From Candidatus Thorarchaeota archaeon (GTDB lineage: Archaea > Asgardarchaeota > Thorarchaeia > Thorarchaeales > Thorarchaeaceae), in contig JBHIAE010000007.1 of NCBI GenBank assembly GCA_046758445.1, forward strand, positions 27,031 through 91,030: DNA of 64,000 nucleotides. The letters run 5' to 3'. Shown here piece by piece: positions 36,779-45,589 of the stretch. Within the stretch, counting starts at the first letter, position 1; each line of letters starts with the position of its first letter. The translations under genes and the position numbers were made by a program. The notes beneath the pieces were generated by a model. That model did not search any database and was not told the origin of the DNA. It was given only the letters and a program-made list of their open reading frames with translations.

Positions 36779-37548
36779 ATCTTCCCTGTGATTCTACGTA
36801 TCAGGCTATTGTGAGCTTGAGGATCGGCTGTTTCTCTGAACCCCAACTCGTCATGGGTAGAGCCAGTCACCAACAGGTCATGTCCATCACCAAATCGGGG
36901 CATTACTGACTGCCCATCATCGACTCCACCATATGGCGGGTCTCCTACTCTAGCGTAACGTCGAATCACCTCATTGCTCTTCTCTGCGCCTATCACGACC
37001 TTCTCACGCGAGTGCGCAACGATCTCGTCCGAAAGCACAATGACAGGATGCCTCAGTCTTTCAGATAGAGAGAAGGCACGTAGAGTTAGCTCATATGTCT
37101 CTTGTGCTGAGTACGGTGCGATCACGATACTCTCGTGGTCTCCATGAGTGCCCCAACCTGCCTGCATGAAATCACCCTGCGCCGCTTTTGTGGCTTGTCC
37201 AGTACTGGGGCCTGCTCTTTGTACATTGACAATCACACAGGGAGTTTCAGTCATTATGGCATATCCTATGTTTTCCTGCATTAGACTGAAACCAGGTCCG
37301 GAAGTCGCCGTCATTGAGAGAAACCCTCCCCACGAAGCACCAATCACGGCAGAGATGGCTCCTATCTCATCCTCCATCTGCAGGTATGTTCCTCCAACCT
37401 GAGGAAGTCGAACTGCCATTATCTCGGCAATTTCGGAGGCTGGAGTGATTGGATATCCTGCAAAGAACCTGCAACCCGCTGCAATTGCAGCCGCAGCACA
37501 CGCTTGATTACCCTGCCAGAAGTTCGGTCTTGTATTCTCAGCGGACAT
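36424..37548 (-). CDS. korA: 2-oxoacid:ferredoxin oxidoreductase alpha subunit (KorA-like)
   Basis: GYPITPASEI, QMEDEI, TATSGPGFSLMQE, QRAGPSTG, LWPFP. Confidence 0.9.
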   Translation of the reverse strand: MSAENTRPNFWQGNQACAAAAIAAGCRFFAGYPITPASEIAEIMAVRLPQVGGTYLQMEDEIGAISAVIGASWGGFLSMTATSGPGFSLMQENIGYAIMTETPCVIVNVQRAGPSTGQATKAAQGDFMQAGWGTHGDHESIVIAPYSAQETYELTLRAFSLSERLRHPVIVLSDEIVAHSREKVVIGAEKSNEVIRRYARVGDPPYGGVDDGQSVMPRFGDGHDLLVTGSTHDELGFRETADPQAHNSLIRRITGKIQDERKLLTDVVVTGPRRADWGIVSYGCTSRSVEEVITNSSDVSVRSLRLRTLWPFPDDEVAQFAKSVGSLLVPELSLGQLSREVSRAVGGSVRVESLSKIGGGLMIEPDEIVGRIAD

Positions 37549-37683
37549 CGTCAGACATCTCTCTCAAGAATGCGCGGTGTTCCAAGTTCAAGATAAGCAT
37601 TCACATTCAATACAGGCTAACCACGGTTTAAACATGAGTGAACAACGATAGTCTTTTATCAAGTCATCCAGGTGGGGTGGCTG

Positions 37684-37760
37684 GCGACTGTAGTCTAGCT
37701 TGGTTAGGACGGAAGCCTCCCAAGCTTCCAACCCGGGTTCAAGTCCCGGCAGTCGCACCA
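37684..37760 (+). tRNA. tRNA-Gly(CCC), no intron
   Basis: GCGACTG/CAGTCGC+ACCA, anticodon arm GAAGC-CTCCCAA-GCTTC, T arm CCGGG-TTCAAGT-CCCGG; TTTTAT box about 25-30 bp upstream. Confidence 0.97.
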
Positions 37761-37982
37761 TGTTTTCAGTGAGATTTAAGGCCTAAATCATTGGAGTATG
37801 TCATGGCGAGTGATGACTAACATGACCCCAATGAGTCCCTTGGGACAATGATATGGATCTTGAGTTAAGAGCTCGCCACTATTACTTTCGGTAACCTCCC
37901 CTGAGAGAGTCCATTTAATCGAACACTCCACATAACTCTTTTAAGGTATCTACGTTCAGCTGTCTTTGGGCTGTGATGACTT

Positions 37983-39179
37983 GTGACTCACGACTATATC
38001 GAAGATGAACTGAGTCGACGAAGTGTATTCAAGTCAGAGCAATTACTCTCCATAGACTTTGTACCCGAAACGCTTCCACATCGCGAGTCCGAGCTGAAGA
38101 TTCTCGCACAGAGCTTCAAGACACTAATCACATCTCCTGGTCGTACAAGCCAGAGGCTCATAATCGAGGGCCCAGTGGGAACCGGCAAGACGGCGGTTAC
38201 AAAACGCTTTGCAGAACAAATGATACAGGCCGCTGACAGACGTGGCTTACGACTCCACAAACTCCACATCAACTGTCGTGTGAGCAAGAGTGCATACCTT
38301 GTCTATCTTAGGATACTAAGAGAGTTCAAACCAAGGTTTCCTCGTCGTGGACACTCACCTGAAGAACTCCTGCAAATGGTTGTGGAGATCCTAGATGAAG
38401 AAGATCGTTATCTCCTATTGATACTTGACGAACTTGACTACTTCATCCGTCAGCGGGGTGCAGACATACTCTATGATCTTACACGGCTCATGGACGACCG
38501 ACTGAACGCACCTCAACGACTCTCAATGATTGGTATTGGGCGTGATGTTCCTCTGAATGAGGACATACTGGACTCGAGTACCCTCAGTACACTCCAACGT
38601 AACGTACTACGTTTCGAACAATACAGTCCAGAGGCACTCTATGACATCTTGAAAGAACGTGCAGACCTAGCATTTGAACAAGACACAGTCATGAACGAAA
38701 CACTACAACTAGTCTGCGACATCGCTTCGGAACGGGGTGATGCTCGCTATGCAATTGAGCTTCTATGGAGAGCAGGAAAACAGGCAGACAGTTTAGATTC
38801 AAGAAAGGTGATTCCAGACTACGTGAGAAAGGCCAAAGCCGATACACATCCAGAGTTGAGAAAAGAAGTATTCACAACCCTGCCACGGCAGAATGGTCTT
38901 CTTCTTCTCGCGGCCGCAAGGCAACTGAAGGAGAATCGAGGGGCGTATATCACAATGGGCGAACTGGAGGAGATGTACCAATCAGTGTGCGAGGAGTATG
39001 GTGAAGAACCAAGAGCACACACTCAAGTATGGGAATGGGTACAAAATCTAAATGCTCATGGATTAGTTGATACAAAACGTTCGAGTGTCGGACAGAGGGG
39101 TCAGACAACGCTCATAGGTTTCTCTGATGTGCCTGCTGAGATGCTGGAGCGGTACCTACTGAATATACTCGAAGAATAG
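37983..39179 (+). CDS. cdc6: Orc1/Cdc6 replication initiator
   Basis: FVPETLPHRE, GPVGTGKT, HINC, ILDELD, GDARYAI, C-terminal wHTH with GQRG.T wing. Confidence 0.96.
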   Translation: MTHDYIEDELSRRSVFKSEQLLSIDFVPETLPHRESELKILAQSFKTLITSPGRTSQRLIIEGPVGTGKTAVTKRFAEQMIQAADRRGLRLHKLHINCRVSKSAYLVYLRILREFKPRFPRRGHSPEELLQMVVEILDEEDRYLLLILDELDYFIRQRGADILYDLTRLMDDRLNAPQRLSMIGIGRDVPLNEDILDSSTLSTLQRNVLRFEQYSPEALYDILKERADLAFEQDTVMNETLQLVCDIASERGDARYAIELLWRAGKQADSLDSRKVIPDYVRKAKADTHPELRKEVFTTLPRQNGLLLLAAARQLKENRGAYITMGELEEMYQSVCEEYGEEPRAHTQVWEWVQNLNAHGLVDTKRSSVGQRGQTTLIGFSDVPAEMLERYLLNILEE

Positions 39180-39185
39180 GGGGCT

Positions 39186-39482
39186 CTGACAATCACAAAT
39201 GACTCTGCAGATACATCCCGTGTAGCCATTGAAGACATATTCTCTTCAAGAGGAAGGATCAAGATACTAAAAGAGCTCGCCATTTCCAGCGAGTTGAACA
39301 TATCAGAGCTCTGTAGGAGAGTTTCTCTGAACCACAGCTCAACGAAATCACATCTGGAAGTGCTGATTGCATCGGGCCTGATTGAGGAGAAGATGTTTGG
39401 AAGAATCAAGATTTACCGATATCGCATTGAAAATCATCGGGCCCGGGCGCTTCGAAACCTATTTGGTCTGTGGCAATCCTAA
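39186..39482 (+). CDS. Small ArsR-like winged-helix protein, in frame with cdc6; start uncertain (CTG 39186 proposed)
   Basis: IEDIFSSRGRIKILKEL...ELNISELCRRV.LNH..TK.HL..L...GLIEEK.FGRIKIY; homology-like region begins upstream of the first TTG (39294). Confidence 0.75.
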   Translation: MTITNDSADTSRVAIEDIFSSRGRIKILKELAISSELNISELCRRVSLNHSSTKSHLEVLIASGLIEEKMFGRIKIYRYRIENHRARALRNLFGLWQS

Positions 39483-39498
39483 TGGAGGAGTCCCATCC

Positions 39499-40314
39499 TT
39501 GACTTCTTACATTACACGTATATTCTATCTTGGCGATCGCTACCATGGATCACAATACCAACCAGGTCTTACTACTGTACAAAGTGAGCTCATTGAAGCA
39601 GTGAGTCAATGGAGCGGCAACCCTCACTCCACACAGACCGTCCAGTTGGCAGGAAGAACTGATCGAGGAGTTCATAGCGTAGGACAGATTGTACAGATTC
39701 TCTCCGAAAAGAAACTTGAGATAGACCGGATTAACAGACACCTGCCGTGGGACATCACTCTCTGGGCATGGGCTGAAGCACCATACGATTTCAGGCCACG
39801 GTTCGATGCTCTCATGCGTCACTATAGGTACTATTTTGAATCCCCTTTCTCGCATTTGAACCTACCATCCATGCGAAGAGCACTAGAGCTCTTGATTGGT
39901 TCCCACGATTTTTCCTTGCTCTCCAAACCCGATGGAAACCGACCCACTGTAGCAACAATTCTGAACGGTTGCTTAGCGGAGCAGAAGGGCACGCTTACAA
40001 TGGACCTATTTGGGACAAACTTCCTTTGGAAACTCGTCCGGAAGATGGCTTCTTTACTATTACAGATTGGAACTGGGATTTCAAGCCTAGACATTATCAG
40101 CGATATCATCTCAGGACGAAACGCAATCCCGGGTGGAATCAGACCGGCACCTCCTGAGTGTCTTGTGCTAGTTGAAACTGTTGTGTCAATCCGAATGAAG
40201 AGCACAAAACGCGCAAAGAAGAGAATCCAGAAGCATGTCAGCGGCCATCTCCGTTCTCTTGAGAGGTCCAAAACGACCATTGCAGCTGTCAACGAGGATT
40301 ACTTCTCTGATTGA
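39499..40314 (+). CDS. truA: tRNA pseudouridine(38-40) synthase
   Basis: Y.G..YHGSQ.QP, AGRTDRGVH catalytic motif, G.HDF, FLWKLVR, APPE.L; TTG start after GGAGG. Confidence 0.93.
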   Translation: MTSYITRIFYLGDRYHGSQYQPGLTTVQSELIEAVSQWSGNPHSTQTVQLAGRTDRGVHSVGQIVQILSEKKLEIDRINRHLPWDITLWAWAEAPYDFRPRFDALMRHYRYYFESPFSHLNLPSMRRALELLIGSHDFSLLSKPDGNRPTVATILNGCLAEQKGTLTMDLFGTNFLWKLVRKMASLLLQIGTGISSLDIISDIISGRNAIPGGIRPAPPECLVLVETVVSIRMKSTKRAKKRIQKHVSGHLRSLERSKTTIAAVNEDYFSD

Positions 40315-41509
40315 GAAGACTTCTTCTTATTCCTAACCAGACGGAGAAGCCCTCTCCTGACTTGGGATTGCGCTTGACAATCTCGACTAGAGCATCCTTG
40401 TGCGTACGAGTCACTCTATCTCGTGATACCCCTGCGGCAGATGACAACGCGGCAAGAAGGTCAGCCTCTTTGTCACGCCTTCTCCTACCTTGCCATACCA
40501 GCAAGGGCCATGTCGGTCGGGAGTACTCCACATTTCGATACGGAGTTTCCGTTCTACTCGTTGCAACTCCTGCTGACAAGAAATCATAGACATAAGATAG
40601 CAACTTCCAGTTCTGTCTTCTCATGATTCTTCCTAGGGCCAAATCCGCTAACGAGAGGAACTCGAATCCCGTATCCAGCTCTGTTGGAGAAACCAGATGA
40701 AGGTGGACATTCTCTTCGAGCCACAGTAGCAACTCTCTGTGATCAATCTCCAACTCCGAGGTCACTCGTTTTGCAGCACTGGGATCGGTGGTCATGAACA
40801 AACGACGGAAGACCTCTCTCACGCCACGTCGTATGTCCCTGGAAGGTAAGGTCTTCTCTAAGAGATACTCACTCACCACAGTAGTTTCAAGGTCCGAGAT
40901 TGCCGCACGAAGATCACCTCCGGACTGTTCTACAATCTCATCCATCTTGTCATCAGGTAACTTGACCTTCTGTCCAGAAACGATTCTCCTCAAGACACCT
41001 AACATATCTTCGGCCTCAATCGAGGCAAAGGTGAACACCTTACATCTCTTGACAAAGTCCGTCAAGCGTGGACTATGAGGATCATTTGCAGTCATAACAA
41101 TAGGATGGCCAGTTTCATCAATAATCTTCAGGATTGCACTGACTCCACCCCTATCGCTTGTGCCGGACAGGCCATCAATTTCATCCAACAGAATGATTCG
41201 AAGTCGCCCATCAAGTGTCTGTTGTGTTGCGGCTTTCCATACAAGGTCCTGTACGACCCCTCTGTTACGCTTGTCACTGGAGTTAAACTCTACAAGCTCC
41301 ATATCGTAATCACGAGAGAGGGCACCGACAGATGCCGTCTTGCCAACTCCAGGTGGTCCAATCAGCAACACGGCATTCGTACTAGGAGTGCCTCTCAACC
41401 ATGATTCAATCCACGTTCTGAGCCCTCTTATCGATTCAGCATTACCAACTACATGCTCTAGACTCTCGGGCCTGTATCTCTCTGGCCAAGGAAGATCTTC
41501 GTTTCTCAT
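40289..41509 (-). CDS. rfcL: Replication factor C large subunit
   Basis: W.ERYRP, GPPGVGKT, E.NSSD.R, LLDEIDG, GDLRAAI.DL. Confidence 0.93.
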   Translation of the reverse strand: MRNEDLPWPERYRPESLEHVVGNAESIRGLRTWIESWLRGTPSTNAVLLIGPPGVGKTASVGALSRDYDMELVEFNSSDKRNRGVVQDLVWKAATQQTLDGRLRIILLDEIDGLSGTSDRGGVSAILKIIDETGHPIVMTANDPHSPRLTDFVKRCKVFTFASIEAEDMLGVLRRIVSGQKVKLPDDKMDEIVEQSGGDLRAAISDLETTVVSEYLLEKTLPSRDIRRGVREVFRRLFMTTDPSAAKRVTSELEIDHRELLLWLEENVHLHLVSPTELDTGFEFLSLADLALGRIMRRQNWKLLSYVYDFLSAGVATSRTETPYRNVEYSRPTWPLLVWQGRRRRDKEADLLAALSSAAGVSRDRVTRTHKDALVEIVKRNPKSGEGFSVWLGIRRSLLNQRSNPR

Positions 41510-42465
41510 GGTTGATTCTGCTCCAGTCCAATGTGAGCCAGAAGTGCTGTGAGCTGAACCTCACCACTTGCCCCTTCTCCTATTCTGAACTCTGCCTCTG
41601 CAGCCTTTTCAAGAATCACCATCTTCCGCGTTTCCGAGATGTCGAGTCCCAACACTTCTCGATGTATCTGTCTTGCCAGGTCCACTGGAGAAACCCCTTG
41701 CTGATAGATCAGAGCTCTGAGACTCTCAAGCGACATCTCGTAATTCCCTTCAATCGTCAAATCTAGTAGATCCCTTATTGCTTTTGGATTGGCTTTCCCT
41801 GCAATCGAGAAGACGAGGGCTTCTGTGATCTTCTCTCCAGCTGAGGAGGCCGCTTGGAGAAGATTGATTGCAGCTCTCATGTCGCCTTCCGCAAGATACA
41901 GAATTGCATCTCTCCCACTTGCTTGAAGAGTAACCTTCTCTTTCTTTGAAATGAACCGAAGCCTTTCTCCAATCGCATCATTACTTAAGCGCGGAAACCT
42001 GAAGATGGCACACCTTGATTGAATCGGAGGAATGATTCTGCTAGAGTAGTTACAAATCAGAATCATTCTGCATGATGCAGCATATGACTCCATTGTACGC
42101 CTGAGAGCATGTTGTGCATCGGTTGTAAGATGGTCTGCTTCATCTAGTGCTAGAATCTTGAAAGGTGCGTCCCCAGCAGGCATAGCTCTGGCAAAAGTCT
42201 TGATTTGGTTCCTTACCACGTCGATGCCTCTCTCATCACTTGCATTCAGCTCCATGAAGTTTCGCTCAAAAGTATCTCCGAAGAGATCTCTAGCCATCGC
42301 CATTGCAGCCGTAGTCTTGCTCGTACCTGGTGGTCCTGCAAATAGACAGTGGGGCACATTTTTGTTCTCTACAAATCTAGTCAAGCCTTCGATGATAGAC
42401 TCCTGCCCAACGATTCCACCTAGGGTGGGAGGACGGTATTTCTCAGTCCAGAGCTCTAAATCCAT
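41506..42465 (-). CDS. rfcS: Replication factor C small subunit
   Basis: WTEKYRP, GPPGTSKT, ELNASDERGI, LDEAD, ALRRTME, IQSRC. Confidence 0.96.
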   Translation of the reverse strand: MDLELWTEKYRPPTLGGIVGQESIIEGLTRFVENKNVPHCLFAGPPGTSKTTAAMAMARDLFGDTFERNFMELNASDERGIDVVRNQIKTFARAMPAGDAPFKILALDEADHLTTDAQHALRRTMESYAASCRMILICNYSSRIIPPIQSRCAIFRFPRLSNDAIGERLRFISKKEKVTLQASGRDAILYLAEGDMRAAINLLQAASSAGEKITEALVFSIAGKANPKAIRDLLDLTIEGNYEMSLESLRALIYQQGVSPVDLARQIHREVLGLDISETRKMVILEKAAEAEFRIGEGASGEVQLTALLAHIGLEQNQP

Positions 42466-42701
42466 TCGAATCTTCCATCCCATCTCATATGCCTGGAGTC
42501 TGTGTGTCCATCAGGTGATGAGTGACACATCTCTAGTGCCCTTAATAGATTCTCCGGAGCATTCACCTGTCTATTGACGTAAAGAAGCATGTAAGCACAT
42601 TCCAGTTTGTAGCTCAAAACATCATGGTCCTCAACCTAGGCACCATTGACTTGGCCAAAGAACAAGGGCTTTATGGGCGCCTCTGAACTTGAAAGGAACA
42701 T

Positions 42702-43268
42702 GTGAAGACAATGATGATTCGAAGCGGCACCGAGGAGGCCAGAGATCGTTTCAGAATGCAGTTCCTGAACGAAACCCGTCCATGCACGTTCCGTGAGGAT
42801 GTTCCGGAAATCAAAGTTGGTGGTCAGAAGATAGGCCCTTTCAAGGCTGGAGTGAGAACGAATCTATCCAATTGGGCATTAGAAACGCTCATGATGCATG
42901 ATCTAGTGGACATTGATCCTGCAGAGGCATATGAATCTCTCAGGCGACTGCAAAACCTTTACAATGCTGAGCAGAGAGACCCCCACAAACTACAGACTTT
43001 TCCACCATTCCTTTACTCCGCTCTAAGCCGAAAGATGCATCGACTGCAAGGTGACAAGACGTCCCTAGACCCTCGTAGACACGATGAAATAGAGAAGACA
43101 CGACGGATGCTCGAGATTCTGATTCAAACTCGATTGTCGAAAGTCATCCGTGTGGCAAAGTCTGGTGCCAATCAGGACAAGCGCAGGCACATGACGTTGG
43201 AAGAAAGGTGGCTATGTGATGAACTCGGTATGCTAATGTCTGCTTGGCGCGAAATAGTAACGGAATAG
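42702..43268 (+). CDS. gins23: GINS subunit (Gins23/Psf2-like)
   Basis: N-terminal B domain (GPF..G....W) followed by helical A domain (R..K.., MT.EE); immediately upstream of mcm. Confidence 0.75.
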   Translation: MKTMMIRSGTEEARDRFRMQFLNETRPCTFREDVPEIKVGGQKIGPFKAGVRTNLSNWALETLMMHDLVDIDPAEAYESLRRLQNLYNAEQRDPHKLQTFPPFLYSALSRKMHRLQGDKTSLDPRRHDEIEKTRRMLEILIQTRLSKVIRVAKSGANQDKRRHMTLEERWLCDELGMLMSAWREIVTE

Positions 43269-43489
43269 GCCACGAGAAACAGCGATTGTTTTGCAGATTG
43301 TTTTGACCCCGATATAGGCAAGCCTCACCTTGGCAGAGTTAAAAAGGCACACTCGTAAGAAACGAGAGCGGGTTTTAATATCCAACCCGAAAGGAAAAGT
43401 GTGAGATTCTGACCAGTAGCAAAGGAACCTCTCACAGGCTCGCTGAGTCATACATCTTGCAGACTAGACTTGGGGTGTTCAGGAGCACC

Positions 43490-45559
43490 ATGACAATAGA
43501 GAATGAGTCTAAGCAGGAGCAGTTCGAGGAGTTCCTGCGAACGTACAGGGACGAGCAAGGGAAGCTGGTATATTGGTCACGCATACAACAGATGTCTAGC
43601 GATGAGTCCTCCCTGGTAGTGGACTTCCAAGATCTGACTAGTTTCAACAACGTCTTCACGGTACTAGCTTTTGAGAATCCACAATCATTCCTCAGGATGG
43701 CCGATAACGGCTTGATCTCAATCTTGAAAATCGAGAATGAAGAGCTAGTCCGGGATATTGGAGAGGACGCCCTGAGGATTCGAATCATCAACTACACTGA
43801 GCGCGTGAAACTGAGATACATCAGGTCCAAACACATCGGCCGCCTGATTCGTATTGATGGCATAATGATGCGGGCAAGCGAGGTCAAGCCACTGCTTGTG
43901 AACGCGACATTCTTGTGTCGAGTATGCATGGCAGAGATACCTCAAGAACAGGAAGAAGGGAGATACACCGAACCGCCTCAATGTCCAACTTGTGGCAAGA
44001 AGACACCAATGAGACTGCTCCTTGAGAAGTCTCGATTCATAGATTGGCAGAAGGTGCGAATACAGGAGTCTCCCGAGGAACTGCCTGCAGGGCAGATGCC
44101 TCGTTCAGTTGATGTCGTACTAAAGGGCGACCTAGTTGATATATCAAGACCAGGGGATATGGTAAGAATCACTGGTCTACTTCAGACCACCCCGGATTTC
44201 TCTCGTCGTGGAGGAAAACTCGCGACATTCAATGTATTCATAGAAGCGAACGGGGTCGAAATCGCTGAGAAGGAATACGAGCAGCTTGAGATTTCTGAGG
44301 AGGACGAGAAAGAAATCATGAAGCTGTCTGAAGACCCCTACGTTCACGAGAGAATCTATAGATCAATTGCTCCATCGATTCAAGGACACGATCAGATCAA
44401 GGAGTCCATTGCTCTCTTGCTCTTTGGAGGGGTAGATAAGCCGCTTCCTGGTGGCACCCAGATGAGAGGACGATCAAACATTCTCATGATTGGTGATCCG
44501 GGGACAGGAAAGAGTCAGATACTCAAGTTCGTAGCAGGTCTTGCATCCAGGGGTCTGTACACATCAGGCAAAGGCACCACCGCTGCAGGACTAACTGCCG
44601 CCGTGGTTCACGAGCCAGAAACCGGAGCTATGACTCTTGAGGCAGGGGCACTTGTCTTGGCCGACCAAGGCATCGCATGTATCGATGAGTTCGACAAGAT
44701 GGACCCTAATGACCGTACAGCTATCCATGAAGCGATGGAACAACATACCGTAAGCATAGCCAAAGCAGGCATTGTGGCAACCTTGAATGCAAGAACCTCG
44801 ATACTTGCAGCTGCAAATCCAACACTCGGTCGGTATGAGTCTTCACTCTCTGTACAGGACAACATCAAGTTGCCGTTCACAATACTATCAAGGTTTGACT
44901 TAGTCTGGATAATGGTGGACACAGTTGAAGCCACTAGAGATCGAGAACTAGCAAGGTTCATACTGAACATGCTCCAAGCGAAACCTACTCAAATAGAGGA
45001 TGAAGTTCCACCCATATCTCAAGAACTACTCAAGAACTACATACGTTATGCTAACAAATTGGAGATTACTCCAAGGCTGACACCAGAGGCGGCTGAGGTG
45101 ATTGAGAACTTCTATGTTGATCTCAGAAAGAGCGCAGAGGGGGGTGCCCCAGTTCCAATCACTGCCCGACAATTGGAGTCTCTTGTCCGCCTGGCGGAGG
45201 CGAGAGCAAGAATGGCCCTCAGAACCGAGGCCACGAAAGAGGATGCACAATCAGCGATACGTTTAATGGAGGAATCGTTGCGCATGGTTGCACTTGATCG
45301 TATCACAGGGAAGATTGATATCGACAGTCTTGTTTCAAAGATGAGTGCATCACAGCGAAGCTCATCCGACATAATCATCAAAGCCATTAGGGACATGGAG
45401 GCAGAGGGCACTTCAACTGTAGGCGAAGAGGCACTGATTCAGAGAGCTATATCTATGGGTCTCCCACGAGAGAGGGCAGAAGAAGTGATCAAGAAGCTCT
45501 TAGCCGAGGGAATCCTATACAGCCCGCGCGAGGGAAAGATACGACACTCGCAGAGCTGA
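43490..45559 (+). CDS. mcm: Replicative helicase MCM
   Basis: Zn finger CRVC..CPTC, IQESPE.LPAGQMPR, GDPGTGKSQ, IDEFDKM, AAANP, LSRFDL, ITARQLE; no intein. Confidence 0.98.
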   Translation: MTIENESKQEQFEEFLRTYRDEQGKLVYWSRIQQMSSDESSLVVDFQDLTSFNNVFTVLAFENPQSFLRMADNGLISILKIENEELVRDIGEDALRIRIINYTERVKLRYIRSKHIGRLIRIDGIMMRASEVKPLLVNATFLCRVCMAEIPQEQEEGRYTEPPQCPTCGKKTPMRLLLEKSRFIDWQKVRIQESPEELPAGQMPRSVDVVLKGDLVDISRPGDMVRITGLLQTTPDFSRRGGKLATFNVFIEANGVEIAEKEYEQLEISEEDEKEIMKLSEDPYVHERIYRSIAPSIQGHDQIKESIALLLFGGVDKPLPGGTQMRGRSNILMIGDPGTGKSQILKFVAGLASRGLYTSGKGTTAAGLTAAVVHEPETGAMTLEAGALVLADQGIACIDEFDKMDPNDRTAIHEAMEQHTVSIAKAGIVATLNARTSILAAANPTLGRYESSLSVQDNIKLPFTILSRFDLVWIMVDTVEATRDRELARFILNMLQAKPTQIEDEVPPISQELLKNYIRYANKLEITPRLTPEAAEVIENFYVDLRKSAEGGAPVPITARQLESLVRLAEARARMALRTEATKEDAQSAIRLMEESLRMVALDRITGKIDIDSLVSKMSASQRSSSDIIIKAIRDMEAEGTSTVGEEALIQRAISMGLPRERAEEVIKKLLAEGILYSPREGKIRHSQS

Positions 45560-45589
45560 GTTCTGTTTCCCATACTGACAGCAACGGAG

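Noticed and set aside
37761-37982. Expected oriC upstream of cdc6
   Set aside because: No ORB-like TCCA.TGGAAA..GGGG sequence or long AT-rich tract is visible; only a TATA-like TTTTAAG
43490-45559. Inteins in MCM, RFC or Cdc6
   Set aside because: Protein lengths are normal and motifs are uninterrupted
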